This document shows positions 38,801 to 53,635 of a stretch of DNA of 64,000 nucleotides, piece after piece. Made by a program: the position numbers and the translations under genes. Source of the stretch: Octopus sinensis (Eukaryota); contig NC_042997.1 in the NCBI RefSeq assembly GCF_006345805.1, forward strand, positions 58,714,001 to 58,778,000, written 5' to 3'. Numbering within the stretch: position 1 is the stretch's first letter; every line of letters begins with the position of its first letter. The notes under the pieces were generated by a model. That model saw nothing but the letters and a program-made list of their open reading frames with translations. It was not told where the DNA came from and ran no database searches.

Positions 38801-40509
38801 TAGATGGGGAAGGCGAGAGGGGAACAATGTCATCGGAACTGACCGAAGGGAATACAAAGAGAGTACTTCTCTAAAGCCAAATCAAATGTTTCCACTATAA
38901 AGTTGCAAAATAATTTCCACTTGCAGCAACCGTAGAACTAATTTTTTTTTATAAATGTTCTTTTTTTATGTCTAAATTTAAAGTTCTTAAAATCATTTTT
39001 CGTTATGTTAAATGTTTCGGTCTTCAGTCCCATTCCATAGCTGAGGTCGTTAAAAGCGTATCACCTGAACACATGTCGTGGCAAACAGAATAATACTTTA
39101 GATGATTCATTTACTTGTTTGCTCTTTCTAAGTATAAATAAAAGAGTTGTTATACCTGCACTGTTTACTTTGATGCATCCTACTAAGAAGCTCCAACGTG
39201 GTTGTTCGACGTATTAGAAATAGTAATCAACTATCTTACTGTATCATTTTACACACACAAATAAAGATATATTGGACATTATAGTTTGGAGTACACAATT
39301 TTTTTAAAGAAAGAAATAAGACGGATGGTCACGATAAGAATGCATTTGATCAGACTTGCTAAATACGTTAGAATGATTATAATCGCCGATTCGGAGCAAA
39401 GCAACAGCAACAACTTATCTACATAAACAAACGTAGAGACCCGTTACACGATTCAGTGGCAGGTTTAAATTAGAAGTTCAATCAAATTTTATGAATGCCT
39501 TCCAATCTCATGGTTCCGGAATCAATCTCACTGCATGGTACCTTGGGCAAGTTTCTTCTACTGAAGCCTCGTCTCGACCAAAGATTTGTGAGTGGATTTG
39601 GTGAACGGAAACTGAAAGAAGCCCGTTGTATATATGCATATAGCTATGTGTGTCTTTGTATCTGTGTCTGTCCTCCATCACTGCTTGTCAATGTGTATTG
39701 GTGTGTTTACGCCCCCGTAACTTAGCGGTTTGGCAAAAGAATCCGATAGAATAAGTTCTGAGGTCGATTTGTTCGACTAAAAGTTCTTCAAAGCTGTGCT
39801 CAAGCATGGCCGCAGTCAAATGGCTGAAACAAAATAAATTTAATAAACGTTTTTCATGTGGCACGAACAGTGAAAAAGAGTGAAGTTTTCGAAATAAATG
39901 AGTAGTTTACGACGCGAAACATGAGCAAAAGATATTTGTAGCTAACCACACTCTAAAATTATATATATATAGGCTTTTAGGTCAGTCTCTTACTCACCAT
40001 ATGCACTACACCTTTAACATTGCACCTGTAACAAAACAAAATATAGCTATTGGCTATTTTGGCAAACTTATTGTTTTACAGGTCAGGGTCCCCAACAAAA
40101 AAGATATAAATATCGGTCTCGTTTTCACTAAATATAACGACCTTATATTTCTAAAAGAAGAAGTTCGGTAATGTAACAATAAAGCCTTTTTCGAGTCACG
40201 AAAGAATAAACAAGAAATGAATCGCAGTCTCAACTCCAAATATTAATACGTGCAAAACCCAACAAATCATGAAAAACCAACAGTACTAAGTATCATGCTG
40301 TGCGAATTCCTAGAATACCGGATTTTTTTTATTATTAATAATAGTTTTACTGATAACCTGAAAAACGCAAGATATAGAATGACCTAATGACAGCATATTT
40401 GTGTGATTCAGGTATGCAATATATTCTGAAAAGCATGGTTATACCTGATAAGGTCACACTCTATACAACAATGGGTGTCTATTGGTTTCTTGTTTAATGC
40501 AATCAACAA

Positions 40510-40556
<47 letters not shown>

Positions 40557-40688
40557 TGTATGTATGTATGTATGTATGTGTATATATATATATACACACA
40601 CATATCTACATACATATATATACATACATACATATTTACATATATACACACATACATACATACATACATACATACATACATACATACA

Positions 40689-40719
<31 letters not shown>

Positions 40720-42607
40720 CTATTACTGCAAAAACATAAAAGTAATCAATGCAACCTTGAGTTAGAAATACGTAAATTTTGATATATGTTTGTCATATAA
40801 AATGAACACAAGATAGAAGCCTTACATAAACGCAAACATCTTCTTTTGTTCGTTACTGTATCCCACACAATGCAATTGATAAACAGTATTAATATTGGAT
40901 ATATGAATAACTGTATTTCTAAGTAAATAACACGAAGTACACATGTAGCATTCGGAAATTTGATCAGTTTTATCTAAAGGAATATTTCCAAACAAAAGAT
41001 TACTAATCACTATTTATCAATTTCTCGTAGTTAAACTGGAGTGTGTTCATAGTTCAGGTTCGAAAATGTCACTTCAACAGAGGTTACTGAGCAGATAATA
41101 TTCAAATATCGTGAGGTAAAAGGAATTATAAAGTGTCAGGTCTCTTCAAATGATTTCCGATATTGTTACAAGTTTCTATTTTCTAAAGTAGAATCTTATT
41201 CGTTGAAGCGATTGCAGCACTTGAAAAGCGTTTATTTAATCGATCAACACCATCAGAATGAAATGTAAATCCAACCTCATTAAAATTTGAACGGGAAATG
41301 TAAACTGGCGGAAATAAATATTGTATGCATTTATTCCATTTCTAGTATTACGTCGGCATATATCATGTTATATAATGATACCAATAATGAGAAAAGTAAA
41401 CTGTTAGCTCATTAAAAAGATGCATTATTTCTCTCCATATTTCAAAGTTGTTTTTCTAGGTCAAATTCAGAGACTTAACACACATGAAATCTACAGAACT
41501 CATAGATGTATGAACATTATTCCTAAACGCGACCTTAAGGTGTGTTGAACGTAATCTACTGTATAGGTACTAATACAAGTTGTTGTTGTCGTTTAGCTAC
41601 AAAGCTAACTCTGATGCATCAAACTTGTGATCAAAGACCTTAAGACTATGAACATCCAGACTTTCTTTGCCTACACAGTGGTGTGGGAGTTGGGGGCGAA
41701 TTAGCTGCTATTTCAAGTAGCTCGATCTGCCACGTTGAGGGATGGATCCCTATTTACTGGAGTATATAACATTTAATTGTCATCTGATTATCTTCATACG
41801 TGTATTTGTTCGTGAAAAATATTAAAAAAACCCACTCATGCAACTTCTATAATATTTTTTCATATCATGTCACAGATTTTGCCATATTTGTGCGCATACA
41901 ATTATTCGAGTACTTCTCTTTCGGCAGATATATTCCTATTATATGGAATTTTAATTGCGAACACAGTACCTTACTTAGCATGCTAAGTGTTTGTAGACAT
42001 ACAAATCCTTCAGATGAATGACGATACTTTTTAATAGATAATATGTGAGCACTTTGTAAAGAAAGCTTCGTTCTCAAAAGACATCCATTTCAGCAGCTGT
42101 CGATACGACAGAAAATTACAATAATACTTCAGTATTCACATGCTTATAGCCATTAAGATAGGGGTGTCTTGGATGTGTGTGCGTGTGTGTGTGTCTATGT
42201 GTATGTGAATAAATGTCTAAATTACTCGCAAACAAGGGAATTCATATGTGTGTGTGTGTGTGTGTGTATTTATATATATATGGATATGAATTCACATATG
42301 TACGAGTTATCTAGAGGTAGAAAGAAAAATGTGATTGTATCTCTCTCCCCCTCCCTCTCTCTCTCTCTCTCTCTATCGCTATTTCTCTCTTTCTCTCTCT
42401 GTGACTGGAATAAATATTAGTTTCACTTTCCAAATCTACGAGTGTTCAGTTAATTGATTTTTGAAAAATGATTTATTTCAATTGCGCGGCGAGTATGTTT
42501 AAGACTAAATGATAAGTACATGTATGCTTATATGCAGATATGCCTGGATACGACCGTCCCCTTATAGACAGGCAGACAGACAGACAGATAAGTAGATAGA
42601 TAGATAA

Positions 42608-42693
<86 letters not shown>

Positions 42694-42794
42694 TCTACGT
42701 AAGAACGTACGTATATAAGGAGATAGGTGTTTTATTATGATAGTTTGATCGGGAGAATCTTCGCCGACCCTCCCGTGAGCTACGGGATTAGATA

Positions 42795-42982
42795 GTGCTC
42801 TATACGTCCGCATTCTAAGCGTAACAGTCAGGAACTGACGCAGTCTACTGGCGCAAAATTTTTTTACGCATGCGCAAAAAGGGTGGCGTCATCTTCCACC
42901 GAAAAGATTTTGCCCACACTGCTTTAGTTTTGGCGGTAAAAAGTAAAGTCTGATACTTTTTGAACGCACCTCATATACGTAA
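42795..42982 (-). mobile_element. Mariner 5'-end fragment (same family as 51079-51908)
   Basis: TIR-like GATACTTTTTGAACGCACCTCATA and a subterminal block homologous to 51740-51908. Confidence 0.75.
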
Positions 42983-43499
42983 ATATCATCAGTCGCATAT
43001 ATATAGCGCATGTGTTTTCTTTATACATCGAATTTACTGCCGGATCGCACTCGGGGAAGACGTCAACTGTTAAAGAACACTAAATGTCCCAGACAAGGAA
43101 AGACAACTCACCTCTGATGGTCGAGAATGATCGATACGATATTTCACTACTAATGTGGTTTATCAACATCATGTATTCCGATCATCTCCAAACGACATGA
43201 TTCGCTAGTCTGGGATTATATGCTAATAGAATGAAGTTTATTTGCTGAAGTGCTGCGGCGTAGCACATGTGAAGGAAAATTAAATTACGAATGAAAAACA
43301 GCTCTAGTAATGTAGGCATTATCGGTTGTACATACAGTGTAGGCGTATAAACAAAAACACATGAACATGAGGATCGACATCCACGCTTAACTTCGCAGTA
43401 CAGAATCTACACCAGAATCTTCCCTTGGCAAAAAATTATTTATATAGGCCATTGTTTTCACCGTTAGCCTGACACGGAAAGTGACAAAGTCGACCCCTT

Positions 43500-43890
43500 G
43501 AATTACAACAACTCATTGTTGCCAGCTGAGTGGACTGGGGCGACATGAAATAAAGTGCCTTGCTCAAGGACACGACGCGGCACCGGGAATCGAACTCACG
43601 ACCTTACGATCAGGAACAGAATAGCCTAAGCAACGCGGCCTCTCTCCCTCTCTCTCTTTCTCTCTATGTATATGTGTGTGTATATATGTGTGTGCATGTG
43701 TCTGTGTGTGTGTGTGTGTGGAATTTTTATATAAGTTTAAAACTTATGGCGGTTATCGTGCAATGACTAAGGAAAATAGCCATAAGTTTTAATCTTCTAT
43801 AAAAATACCATTATTATTATTTACAGGATTTCAAATCACGCCACCGTAATAAAAACAACCATTCGCACCGAAAGCATATATATATATGCT

Positions 43891-43922
<32 letters not shown>

Positions 43923-44140
43923 ACATACTGTGGGATATTGTTATACGCTGCTGGTCACAATACGCTTCCGCCTATTGTTTTACCCGTTGAATGATGCCAT
44001 CCCACTGATGAGATGGGCAGGCAAATACTCACCTTGAACGGGACGCCAGTCCAATCTTTGGGTTGCCTATTTACAGCTGAGTGGACTGGAGCAACGTGAA
44101 ATGAAGTGTTTTGCTCAAGAACACTACACACCGCTCGATC
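43500..44140 (-). mobile_element. Two SINE family B copies (43500-43641 and 43955-44140)
   Basis: CAGCTGAGTGGACTGG...TGCTCAAG blocks; B-box reverse complement GGAATCGAACTC. Confidence 0.85.
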
Positions 44141-45135
44141 TTGCCTATATACGCACATATGATATACAATGTATAACATGTATACGTTATATATCATATA
44201 TGTATGTGTGTGTACATATATATATACATGTGTGTGTGTGAGTGTGTGTGTGATTATGTGTACACACACATGTGTTTGTGTGTGTGTATATGTTTTATTG
44301 AAGCTCACAAGCTATTACTCAGGGTTTCACGTAATCGATCATCAGACAGTTATAAAGACTGAGAAGAATTCTATTGTTTATAAGTAGACATAAACTATTT
44401 AGTAATTATTATTTACTTACGTGTCGAATAAGATATGCTTGGACGAGGTATATATGATAAATTAAGTATGAAACTTTGACGGCCATTTTAATTCACTACT
44501 GCTTCTATTACATATAACAGGTTTTTATTCAGCTGGACGTCTATTCGCAATACCAGCAATTGTTTTATTCTCTGCTTACTATACATCGGAGGTGACAGAT
44601 CTCTCAACATATGACTGACTGTGCGTACATACCATTGATAATGCCCAACGAGGCCAAAACTGGGTTCTTGCAGGCCAATGCTGGGATGATCTTTGTTTCC
44701 CTTTGATATATATTTTTAAATAAACCATATCCTCAAGAGATGTTATCGCTTGACGAATACCACAGTAAATTTCTATCAACGATGTATTTACATTAAGTAT
44801 GATGCATAAATGGTTATGTGTAGATATCACTGTAACATTGTATCGACCAGATTGTCGGATGTTGTTATACATCATTAGTCACAGTTCGCTTCCTCGAATT
44901 CTTGTAGCTTTCGGATGAAGCCACTCCGCTGGCTAAGTAACCAGGCTCATAAATGTGTATGTGTGCGTTTGTATGTAGATAGATAGATAGATACATACAT
45001 ACATACATACATACATACATACATACATACACACATACATACATATATACATATATGCATGCATACATACATACATACATACATACATACATACATACAT
45101 ACATACATACATACATACATACATACATACATACA

Positions 45136-45166
<31 letters not shown>

Positions 45167-48100
45167 GAAATACTCAATATTTGATGTTTATATTTCACTA
45201 TTAGAAGATGGTTAGTGATTCACGCGTTGTTACTCGTTCATATTTCATGCTATGTGCCTTCAATAACGCTACGTCAGTCTTTCTGTTGCCCGCCGACATC
45301 GTCTATACTTTTACAAACGTGTGTCATCAAGAAACATTAATCGTACTCGGAGAAAATGTATAGAATAATACGTATTTCAATATATATTGTCAGTCTTTAT
45401 TACATGTCCTTCGCATAGGTATATGTGCACCTGTGTTTGCGTGTGTGTGTATCTGTACACATGGATGGATGGATTTGGATTTGGATTTAAATAACTTGTT
45501 AAACTTAAGTCAGAGAGAACAGAAACATATCTGTTTATGAAGCAACACCGAAATACTTGAAGACTTAGAATTTTACTTGCTTACAGTAGCTGATGGAATC
45601 TTGCTTCCACTCAAAAATAAACAATATTATACCACTAACAGGTCGGTGTGTTTTCTGCTGTAGCATGCTTGACATCTATTCCAGCTCTTATATGAATAAC
45701 ATATGAATGACAACAGTTATATGAGGTGAATTTTATGTACAGATATCCATTTGCAAAACTTCAAATAATATCAGGGGGTCAAGGAAGCCTCGAGAAACTG
45801 TCCCTTCTGTTAATGTTAAGTTAATCTTTAGACTGATGTTTCGAACAGCTAAGGGATTTATGAGACTAAAGAATGTTTTCGTTTCTTAACCTAATGGACA
45901 TCTCAAAAGAAAATTATTTACATCAATTATAATTCATCTTCTCAGAAAGCCCGGGTGTGTGTGCCTAGATGAACCATACATATATAATAAGGAAATGATT
46001 TAATGAGTTTTAATCAGCATCTTTTTTTGAGATTAATGAGATTTAATCAGCATCTAAGAATTCATTATCGTTCGGTCATTCAACCTTGAAAGGGTAATAA
46101 TTTCTCACTGATAACGTTGACATTAAAGTTAAATGCCTGTTATATAACTTAGTGCAATCAGATGCCTATAAATATGAATATAATCTAAAAACATGAATTA
46201 ACTAATAACTTCTACTCTCTCTCGTAACCACTGGTCCATGAATATTATGTAGATATAGGATATCTAATCTTTTATGAAATTATAATGTCCCGTGTAGCAA
46301 GGCGATAGTCTGTTTCTTCAAAACTTGTATTTTTCATCTCCAGTAAGTGTATCACAGTATATATAATATGTAACAATTTTCTAAATATGCGTCCAGGCAA
46401 AAGTATCAGTTGGTGACTAATACTGTTTCTCATTTTTCAGCTAGTATTAATACAGGTTGTTTAGTTTTATTATTGTTGTTGCTTTGTCCCGAGTCAATTC
46501 TGGTTAAGTAGATTTGTGAAAATTCAACCAGTCATATTCTTGTAAAAGCATACATTCCAACCAGCCAACTTTTTGTAAATGCAGGACGAAGTTTTTTCAG
46601 ACGAAGATGTTTTCTAAGATGAGTCGTTTGAGGAGAGATTATTTCCTATTTCTTGCAGGTGTTTTTTATTTATTTATTTACTTATTCATTTTTGTCCTTA
46701 GCAATGTATAGCCACTTTGTAACTTACTGAAGTAGTAGCTAATGGCAGGATTTTTTTTTTTTTTTTTGAAAAATAAGAGAACCTAAAACCCATCGACTAA
46801 CATTTTTTCTTGCAATATATTTTATTTATTTTTAGCTTCTTAATGCTGCTTACATTAAATATCCTGCAAGCCACTTATCTCTAGCATCCTGATGGCGTCT
46901 CGGAATTATTGAATTTCTAAATAATTCCATTCCCTGTATCTGTTAAGTAATTCATGTCGCAAGTCAAGGCTCTTGCCTAATGGTAAAGTAATATGTTTAT
47001 GATTTCTCACAGAACCATGTACAACACGTCAGTAACTATGATTGTTTCTTGACATAAATGGGGAGGGCTAGATGACAAGGAAGGTGGAGTCTCTGAAAGC
47101 TTGAAACCAACCATTGTAAAATATGTTGTGTGTAGCTGTGTTTAGTTATACATGTGTATTTGAAAATAGTTTAAATTATCGTAAATGTCTATGTATAATA
47201 CAGTACTATCTCTAAAACTCACCTCGATTCTTGAGCCTAAATTTCTAAAAACATCTGTAAGTTCATGTAAAATACGAAGGGATTCTCAACTTTATGACTA
47301 GATAATCTACTATAATCTAAAATACAAATTTTTTCTTAGTTCGTTTTATCTATATCTTGAACTGACGTATAGACATCGTAAAATATATCCACGATATTTA
47401 AGAGCTCAGTTGATAAGACATCGTTAAATTCTAATACAGTATTACATTATACTAAATGCAGGTGGAAAGCGCTTGCATCTATAAACAGAATCGGCTAAAA
47501 CGATTGACATTTTTCTTGGTATGTGGTTACATATGTGTATTTTATATCAACATTCTTCCTATTTTTCTTCTTATTATTATTATTATCGAGACTGCAAGCT
47601 GGCAGAATCGCTAGCATGGCGGGAAAAATGCTTAACGGCATTTCGTCTGTTTTTACGTTCAAGTTCCACCGAGGTCGACTTTGCTCTTTATTCTTTCCGG
47701 GTCTTTCCGATAAATTAAGTACCAGTGAAACACTGAGGTCGAAGCAGTCGACTAGTCTCCTCCATCCAAATTTGTGCCTTTAGAAGAAAGGATTATTATT
47801 TGTGTTTGGAAAGAGAGTGCGCTTTTTCGTGGCTCGCAATTTTTATTTGAAATTTGTTATTTGGTATTCGAATTTTTGTTGGATTGCTTACTAGATAAGC
47901 CAGCTCGCTTTGCTTACAGCGTGTTGATTTGCTGAAAAATTAACTCTTTAAGGGTGTAAAGCGCGAATTTTGAGATTTACAATTTGAAAGCCAATATTAC
48001 AAAACAAAAATAGCAATATCACTTCCCAGATCGAGGGCAATGCTGGTTGTTGGAACAGCCATTTTGGCATTATTTTCCGACTATATAGACAAGAGAAAAA

Positions 48101-48399
48101 ATCACAGACATCAACAACAGAAGCAGCAGCAGTAATGACGAGCAAGATAAAATTTTAAATCACACACGCACGTCTTCCACCATCGCCCCCAAAACCAACA
48201 CCGACTCCACTACTACCACCACCACTACCGACACAAACGTTACTACAATGGAAACTTACTGTTCCTATTTCTAAATGTAATGAGAACGGTTCACACAAAC
48301 GTGTCTTCGGCTGGAGAAAATCGACGTGTCAAAAAAAATAAAGCGTTGACTACAAAGCGCTCTTGACAAAGAAAAGCAGAATAGTATTTCTAAACACGA

Positions 48400-51300
48400 C
48401 AGAAGAAATACAAGAATATACTAGAAAAATAACTATTATCTACAAATGTAGATAACAGATAGAAGCGAGCGACGCAGTCCTAGACCGAAAAATGCCGAGG
48501 ACCAACCTGGGGGATAAAAACATATATTGACACAGCTGGGGTGAGATTCCCAACTGAAGAAACAGCTGAAGAAAGTGCAACACCAACCTTCAAGAGTGAA
48601 GAAATGTGACTAATTCCAACCTATCTCGGGTGAAAGGTGGTTAAAATAAAGGCAGCAGAAGTACCACCAGAAGTGGACATCTCTTTGCGGGGTAGCCGTT
48701 GTTTACGGAATAGAGAATAAAACAATAATTCTCCAAGTGCACAAATTGGAAACAAATACTGGTCTTGCACAGATATGACACAGACCTATCAAGATAAGGA
48801 GGTTAGTTGATGGTCCTGGATGGGAACTGTTGGGACGGGGTTGCTTTGAGACTGGTTGCTACCTGTACTCCGACTCGGGAAGGACATCGTGATTTCTTCA
48901 GACGTCTGAAGGTTTTACTGGAGATATCTTGAATTTTAGTGCTAATGGGTGACTGGGCTCGCCGTCTTTCACGCACGTTTAGATTGTGTTGGTCTAGATG
49001 TTCGAACAGGGTTTTAAAAGCCTTGCAGACCTATTCAGACGTTTTCAATTGTCTGACAGAAGCCGAGTGAACTTCCTGTATGTTCCAGTGAAGACGAACC
49101 ACATCGGGTCATCTAGATAAAATTAGTCCGTAGGCCAATAGATAAGGATAGCATAAGTTCTCTACTTTTCAAATTCGTTGGCTACACAAACCACAAATTT
49201 ATGATGTGCACGATCAGCCAGGACAAGCTTCGTAGGCAGATAAGGACCAAGCTACTGAAAGCTGAACACTCAATCCCGGCTTTCCAAATTTACAGGAACC
49301 GGATTAGAGAATTAGTTAAGCGAGCGTTAACGGGTCGATCAACAACAAATGATCGCTTTGGAAAGGCAACGCAACCCACGTGCTGGCCGCAAGATTGGCC
49401 CTGGACCAATTCTTCAACGCTAAGCATGAACGTTGTCAGAGCTAATGAGCGTGCTCTAAGAGACTAAGGAACGAAAAACGCACGATGGGCTCGTGTGAAA
49501 GAGGTGTAATGGGAAGACGAAACTGCAATTCGGTTTTGAAAGGACCAAAACGGGCTCATGGTACTCAATCCCGAGCAGATGCGTGCGACATTTCAACGGT
49601 ACTTCGCCGAACTGTTTGGGACGAATGACAGTCTGGAAAGCAGGATAGACTTCAGCGCCTGCCTCGACGGTATCACGACTCTCGACAAGGGAGGCGAAGC
49701 ATTACGAAAGACCAGTAACAGTCATGGAAGTACGGGATGTGATGATGGGCTGCACAAGTGGGAAATCACCTGGTTTGGATGGTCTGTTCTAAAAGTTTTA
49801 ATTTTATATACCAGATCTGTTTGGCAATCCCTTAGCAGATATCTACCGCAACTGGCAACAGAACGGGAGAATTCCTAGTTCTGTGAACCAAGGAGCGGTG
49901 ACAAGAGGCATCAAATAGAAATTTTTCGACTCCAGATGGAGCCTTCTCTCGTTTCTTCTGTATGTATTGACTCTAGAGAAATTGGAGGTGTTGAGAAACA
50001 TCCTGCACGAACTAGGATGTCGGAGAACCGTGTCGGCATATGCAGACGACGTCACCCTCATTGTCGAACACCAGGCTTATTGACTTGATCAGCACTGCTC
50101 TAAAAGAATACGAAGCTCTGATAGGAGCAAAACTTAACCAAGAAAAATCAGCGGACCCGCAGCTCGGCACCTGATGAGGCAGTTCCGTGCTGTCTAATAA
50201 TGTCGTGGGATAATAGACGGGGCGACCGGTTAAATTGCTCGGAGTGTGATTTGATCCGGATCTCTAGGAGGAGAACTGGGACGAGGTGACGGGCAGGGCA
50301 GCCAATTACACCCAGAAATGGGTCGAAAGAAAGCCTGTCTCTAGAAGGTTGGGCAGAGATGACGAATGCATACACCTCCACCATTATATATTACTACCTG
50401 ACCGGCATGCCTTGCCCCAATTTTACGTCTGACCAAACTGGAACGCATACTCTTCCACTTTCTATGGATGTGACCAGGCGCTCTATTTTTGTCAACACCT
50501 GCTAAATGGAGGACTGGGAATGTCATGGCTGCTGATGCGCAGACATGCGATGAGACTACATTTCCAGCGTTTCCTTAACGGTAAGCAACTGTGGTCGGTA
50601 TTTGTCAGACTCGCCCTTCTGCAGCTTGTCTCTTTCACTGAGCTGCAGTCCTAGATCAAGCGTAGACCAAAGTAGGGTGCCTGGCACCTACAATGTCGTC
50701 ATGCGCCCGCGGTCCTTTGTCAGTTTGGCAATGCAGTCGATGGAAATTCAACTCTAGCGTTCTATAACAGGTCAATGACGGGCAAGTGCGACGACGTTCT
50801 CGGAACCTGTTGATAATTTTCAGAAATTCTTGACTTGACAATACTACCGGGAAGCATTGCTCTCCTGGCATGGAAGTACCGTCAGCCGGGCTTGCTTGAG
50901 ATGCGTGCAGGGAGACGAAACTGTTCTGCACGCTCTCGTCCCGTTCTCTAGCATTGCTGACTTGTGGGTTTATGTCGGACACTTGCTATCACGTATGGAA
51001 CGGATCTGGCTATCGGCTGAGTCCATACTGAAAATCGTTCGCCACCTTCCTTTAGCTGCGAAGGGCAAGCGGTGTTTGCGAGATACGTTAAGGTATCCGA
51101 CCTTACTTTTCCCGTCAAAACTAATTCCGCGTGGGCAAAATCCTTTGCATGGGAGGTGATGCCACCTTTCCCGCGTATGCGTGCATTTTTGCGGTGGCAG
51201 ATGCGTCAGTTCCCGGATGTTACGCCTAGAGTACGAAGGAGTAGTGCCCGTCGGATCTTCGTTTTCACCCAATATGACGGAATGCATCGAGCAAAGACCA

Positions 51301-52345
51301 TAAACCCTTGACTTATCACCAGTGACGATGGTCCTCATGAAGTTTGGGTCGTGGTTTGCACAGTCCAGCTTGTCCTGCGCTATTTCTATGCGGAGTTGCA
51401 TGCTTCGCCAGCACCTTGGGAACGAATTTCGCCGACACTCTCTGCATTCACAAATCCTTCGTTAAAATGGAATGCACTACTCCTGTGCTTATTCACACTC
51501 CGTGAACAATTTCCGGGATTGTTATTCTCAGTGAGCTCCTCGTTTTGGTTTGTGAATTCCAGCCTAACCTTGTCTCACTCTCTACTGTGGTGTAGCTATG
51601 TCTGAAGAGGTTGTCCCAACCCCTGATCTGAGTTTTCCCATGGCATCACCACTGAAATCCTGTTGAATCATCTGAATCGTTTGAGCTTGAGAATCACCAA
51701 GCTTTTGACAAACCTTAATGCAATATCTCTGATCGATACACGTCTGTACTCTAATCGTAACTGCCGGGAACTGACACGGCATATCGCCGCGAAAATTTTC
51801 ACGCATGCGCGAGAAGGGTAGCATCACCTCGCACCCAAAGGATTCTGTCCATAAAGCATTAGTTTTGGCGGGGAAAAACAAACTTGGATACTTTTTGAAC
51901 ACTCCTCGTATTTGTCTGGTGGCCTCGGAGAAAGAGGTTATGGGCAGACCAGGCTGAAAGAGTTGAAGGCAGATACTTTCCTCTTTAGCCAAGTCCTCAT
52001 CAACTTTTTTCACTTGCAAAGGAAATTGAGGATACGAAAGTGATGTGTTGCCTCCCAGCAATTTTATTGAAAAGTGGGTGAATGCTGTAAGAGAATGGTC
52101 CGAGTGAACGGGCCTACTCCAGTAGGTTGACATAAGACAATGGGAAGAGGGCAGTTGCCCAAGTTGTCAGGGTGACCGTGGTTTGTGGGATCTCTACGAA
52201 CAACCATCGAAAATCTTCCTCTTTCGAGGAATGTTTCGTTGCTAAAATGCATTTTGTTATCGTTTTCACTGTTTACACGCTTTTAATTATGTAACCCAAC
52301 ATAACCCAGTGTTTTTTTTGTGAACCCTTAGTTATGAATAAAGAA
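48400..52345 (+). mobile_element. Degenerate L1/Tx1-clade LINE (APE-RT-Zn knuckle, 3' UTR with AATAAA), split by a mariner insertion
   Basis: LVLMGDW; GYTNHKF; SAYADDVTLIV at ~50035-50065; ACLRC..DETVLHALV. Resumes at 51911 (ICLVA..KEV; KWVN). Confidence 0.85.
51079..51908. mobile_element. Mariner derivative with two inward-facing 5' ends
   Basis: Minus part 51908-51298 has the TIR TA|CGAGGAGTGTTCAAAAAGTATCC, QRYCIKVCQKLG and QLRIEIAQDKLDCANHDPNF..VTGDKSRVYG. Plus part 51079-51297 is a homologous 5' end reaching MTECIEQR. Confidence 0.8.
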
Positions 52346-52364
52346 AACTCAATAATCATTATTA

Positions 52365-52430
<66 letters not shown>

Positions 52431-53130
52431 GTATACGGAAGTGTCATATATCATTCTAGAATTGGTGGATTATGAACCAGTTTTAGCAGATGAAAATTAT
52501 TGCTCTTTGGATTATCTAATTGTTGGGCTGGTCATACGCTTATCTCAGTACCTGAGGTAGACAGGACGTTTATTTATTTTTTATTTTTTTAATTTTTTCC
52601 GTAATTTTATCGTATTTGCAATTATTTTCCTATGGTTTCCTCAACAGAAAAGCAGTAAGAGTTAATAACAGAAAGGAAGAAGTATTGAATACACCAGTCT
52701 GAAATAAAACTGTCATTTAATCTTCGAGAACATAAAAACAAATTTTATAATAAGATAAACAGAATTTAATAGATAAACGGGGAAAATGACAATAGAATAG
52801 ATACAATCTCAAATAGAAACAATTATCGTTTAACATCTAAAAACTCAAATTTGCAAAGTATAAACAAAATTAACGACAGCAGTCATGTACATACGCAAAC
52901 ACACGTGCGAGATTCACCAAGCGAAGGAACGAGTAAAAGCTTCCAATTGAGAAACAGGAAAAGTGTTTCCATACTGTCTTCTTTTCCTTGGAGCTATCTC
53001 CAGCAAACCGTCTATGGATATGAATTATCTGGCGAGAAAAGTTCGCTTAGAAAAGCTGTGTTTCAAAGGAAAGTACATCAAAGCCTCAGTTCCTTATCAA
53101 TCAGCGAGAAATATATAGGAAATTACTTAC

Positions 53131-53255
53131 TATTGTTGCTCCGAAGACATATAGGGGATTTTCGCGGGTCTCAAAAGAGTAGTTGTAAACACCTCTTTTT
53201 GTCGAGTGCAATAACTTATCGGTGAGGGGAAAAAAAGCTGTGAAGGAGATGAAGG
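53131..53255 (-). CDS. Candidate internal exon of an unidentified host gene (phase 1 to 0)
   Basis: Acceptor TTTTATTCCTTTCCAG; donor GTAAGT; open frame FISFTAFFPLTDKLLHSTKRGVYNYSFETRENPLYVFGATI. Confidence 0.45.
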
Positions 53256-53491
53256 CTGGAAAGGAATAAAAGTATTAAAAGAGAGAAAGAAAGAAACAGG
53301 TTCTTGGAGTGTAATGGCAGATCAGAAAAACACATTGTCTTTTACAGGGTTATATATTCTACAACAGAAATGAAGAGAGATTTAGAGATAAAGTGATATA
53401 TTTCAATGTCAAATTGGATTATTTTTATCATTAATATTATTAAAATAGTTAATAGCTGTATATATATGTTTATATACGCACGCACACACAC

Positions 53492-53635
<144 letters not shown>

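Noticed and set aside
39014-39030. Minus-strand CTGAAGA-CC-GAAAC
   Set aside because: No stem II, no stem I and no NUH triplet; not a foldable hammerhead.
52851-53225. 124-aa non-repetitive plus-strand ORF
   Set aside because: No recognisable motif. It overlaps, antisense, the better-supported minus-strand exon candidate.
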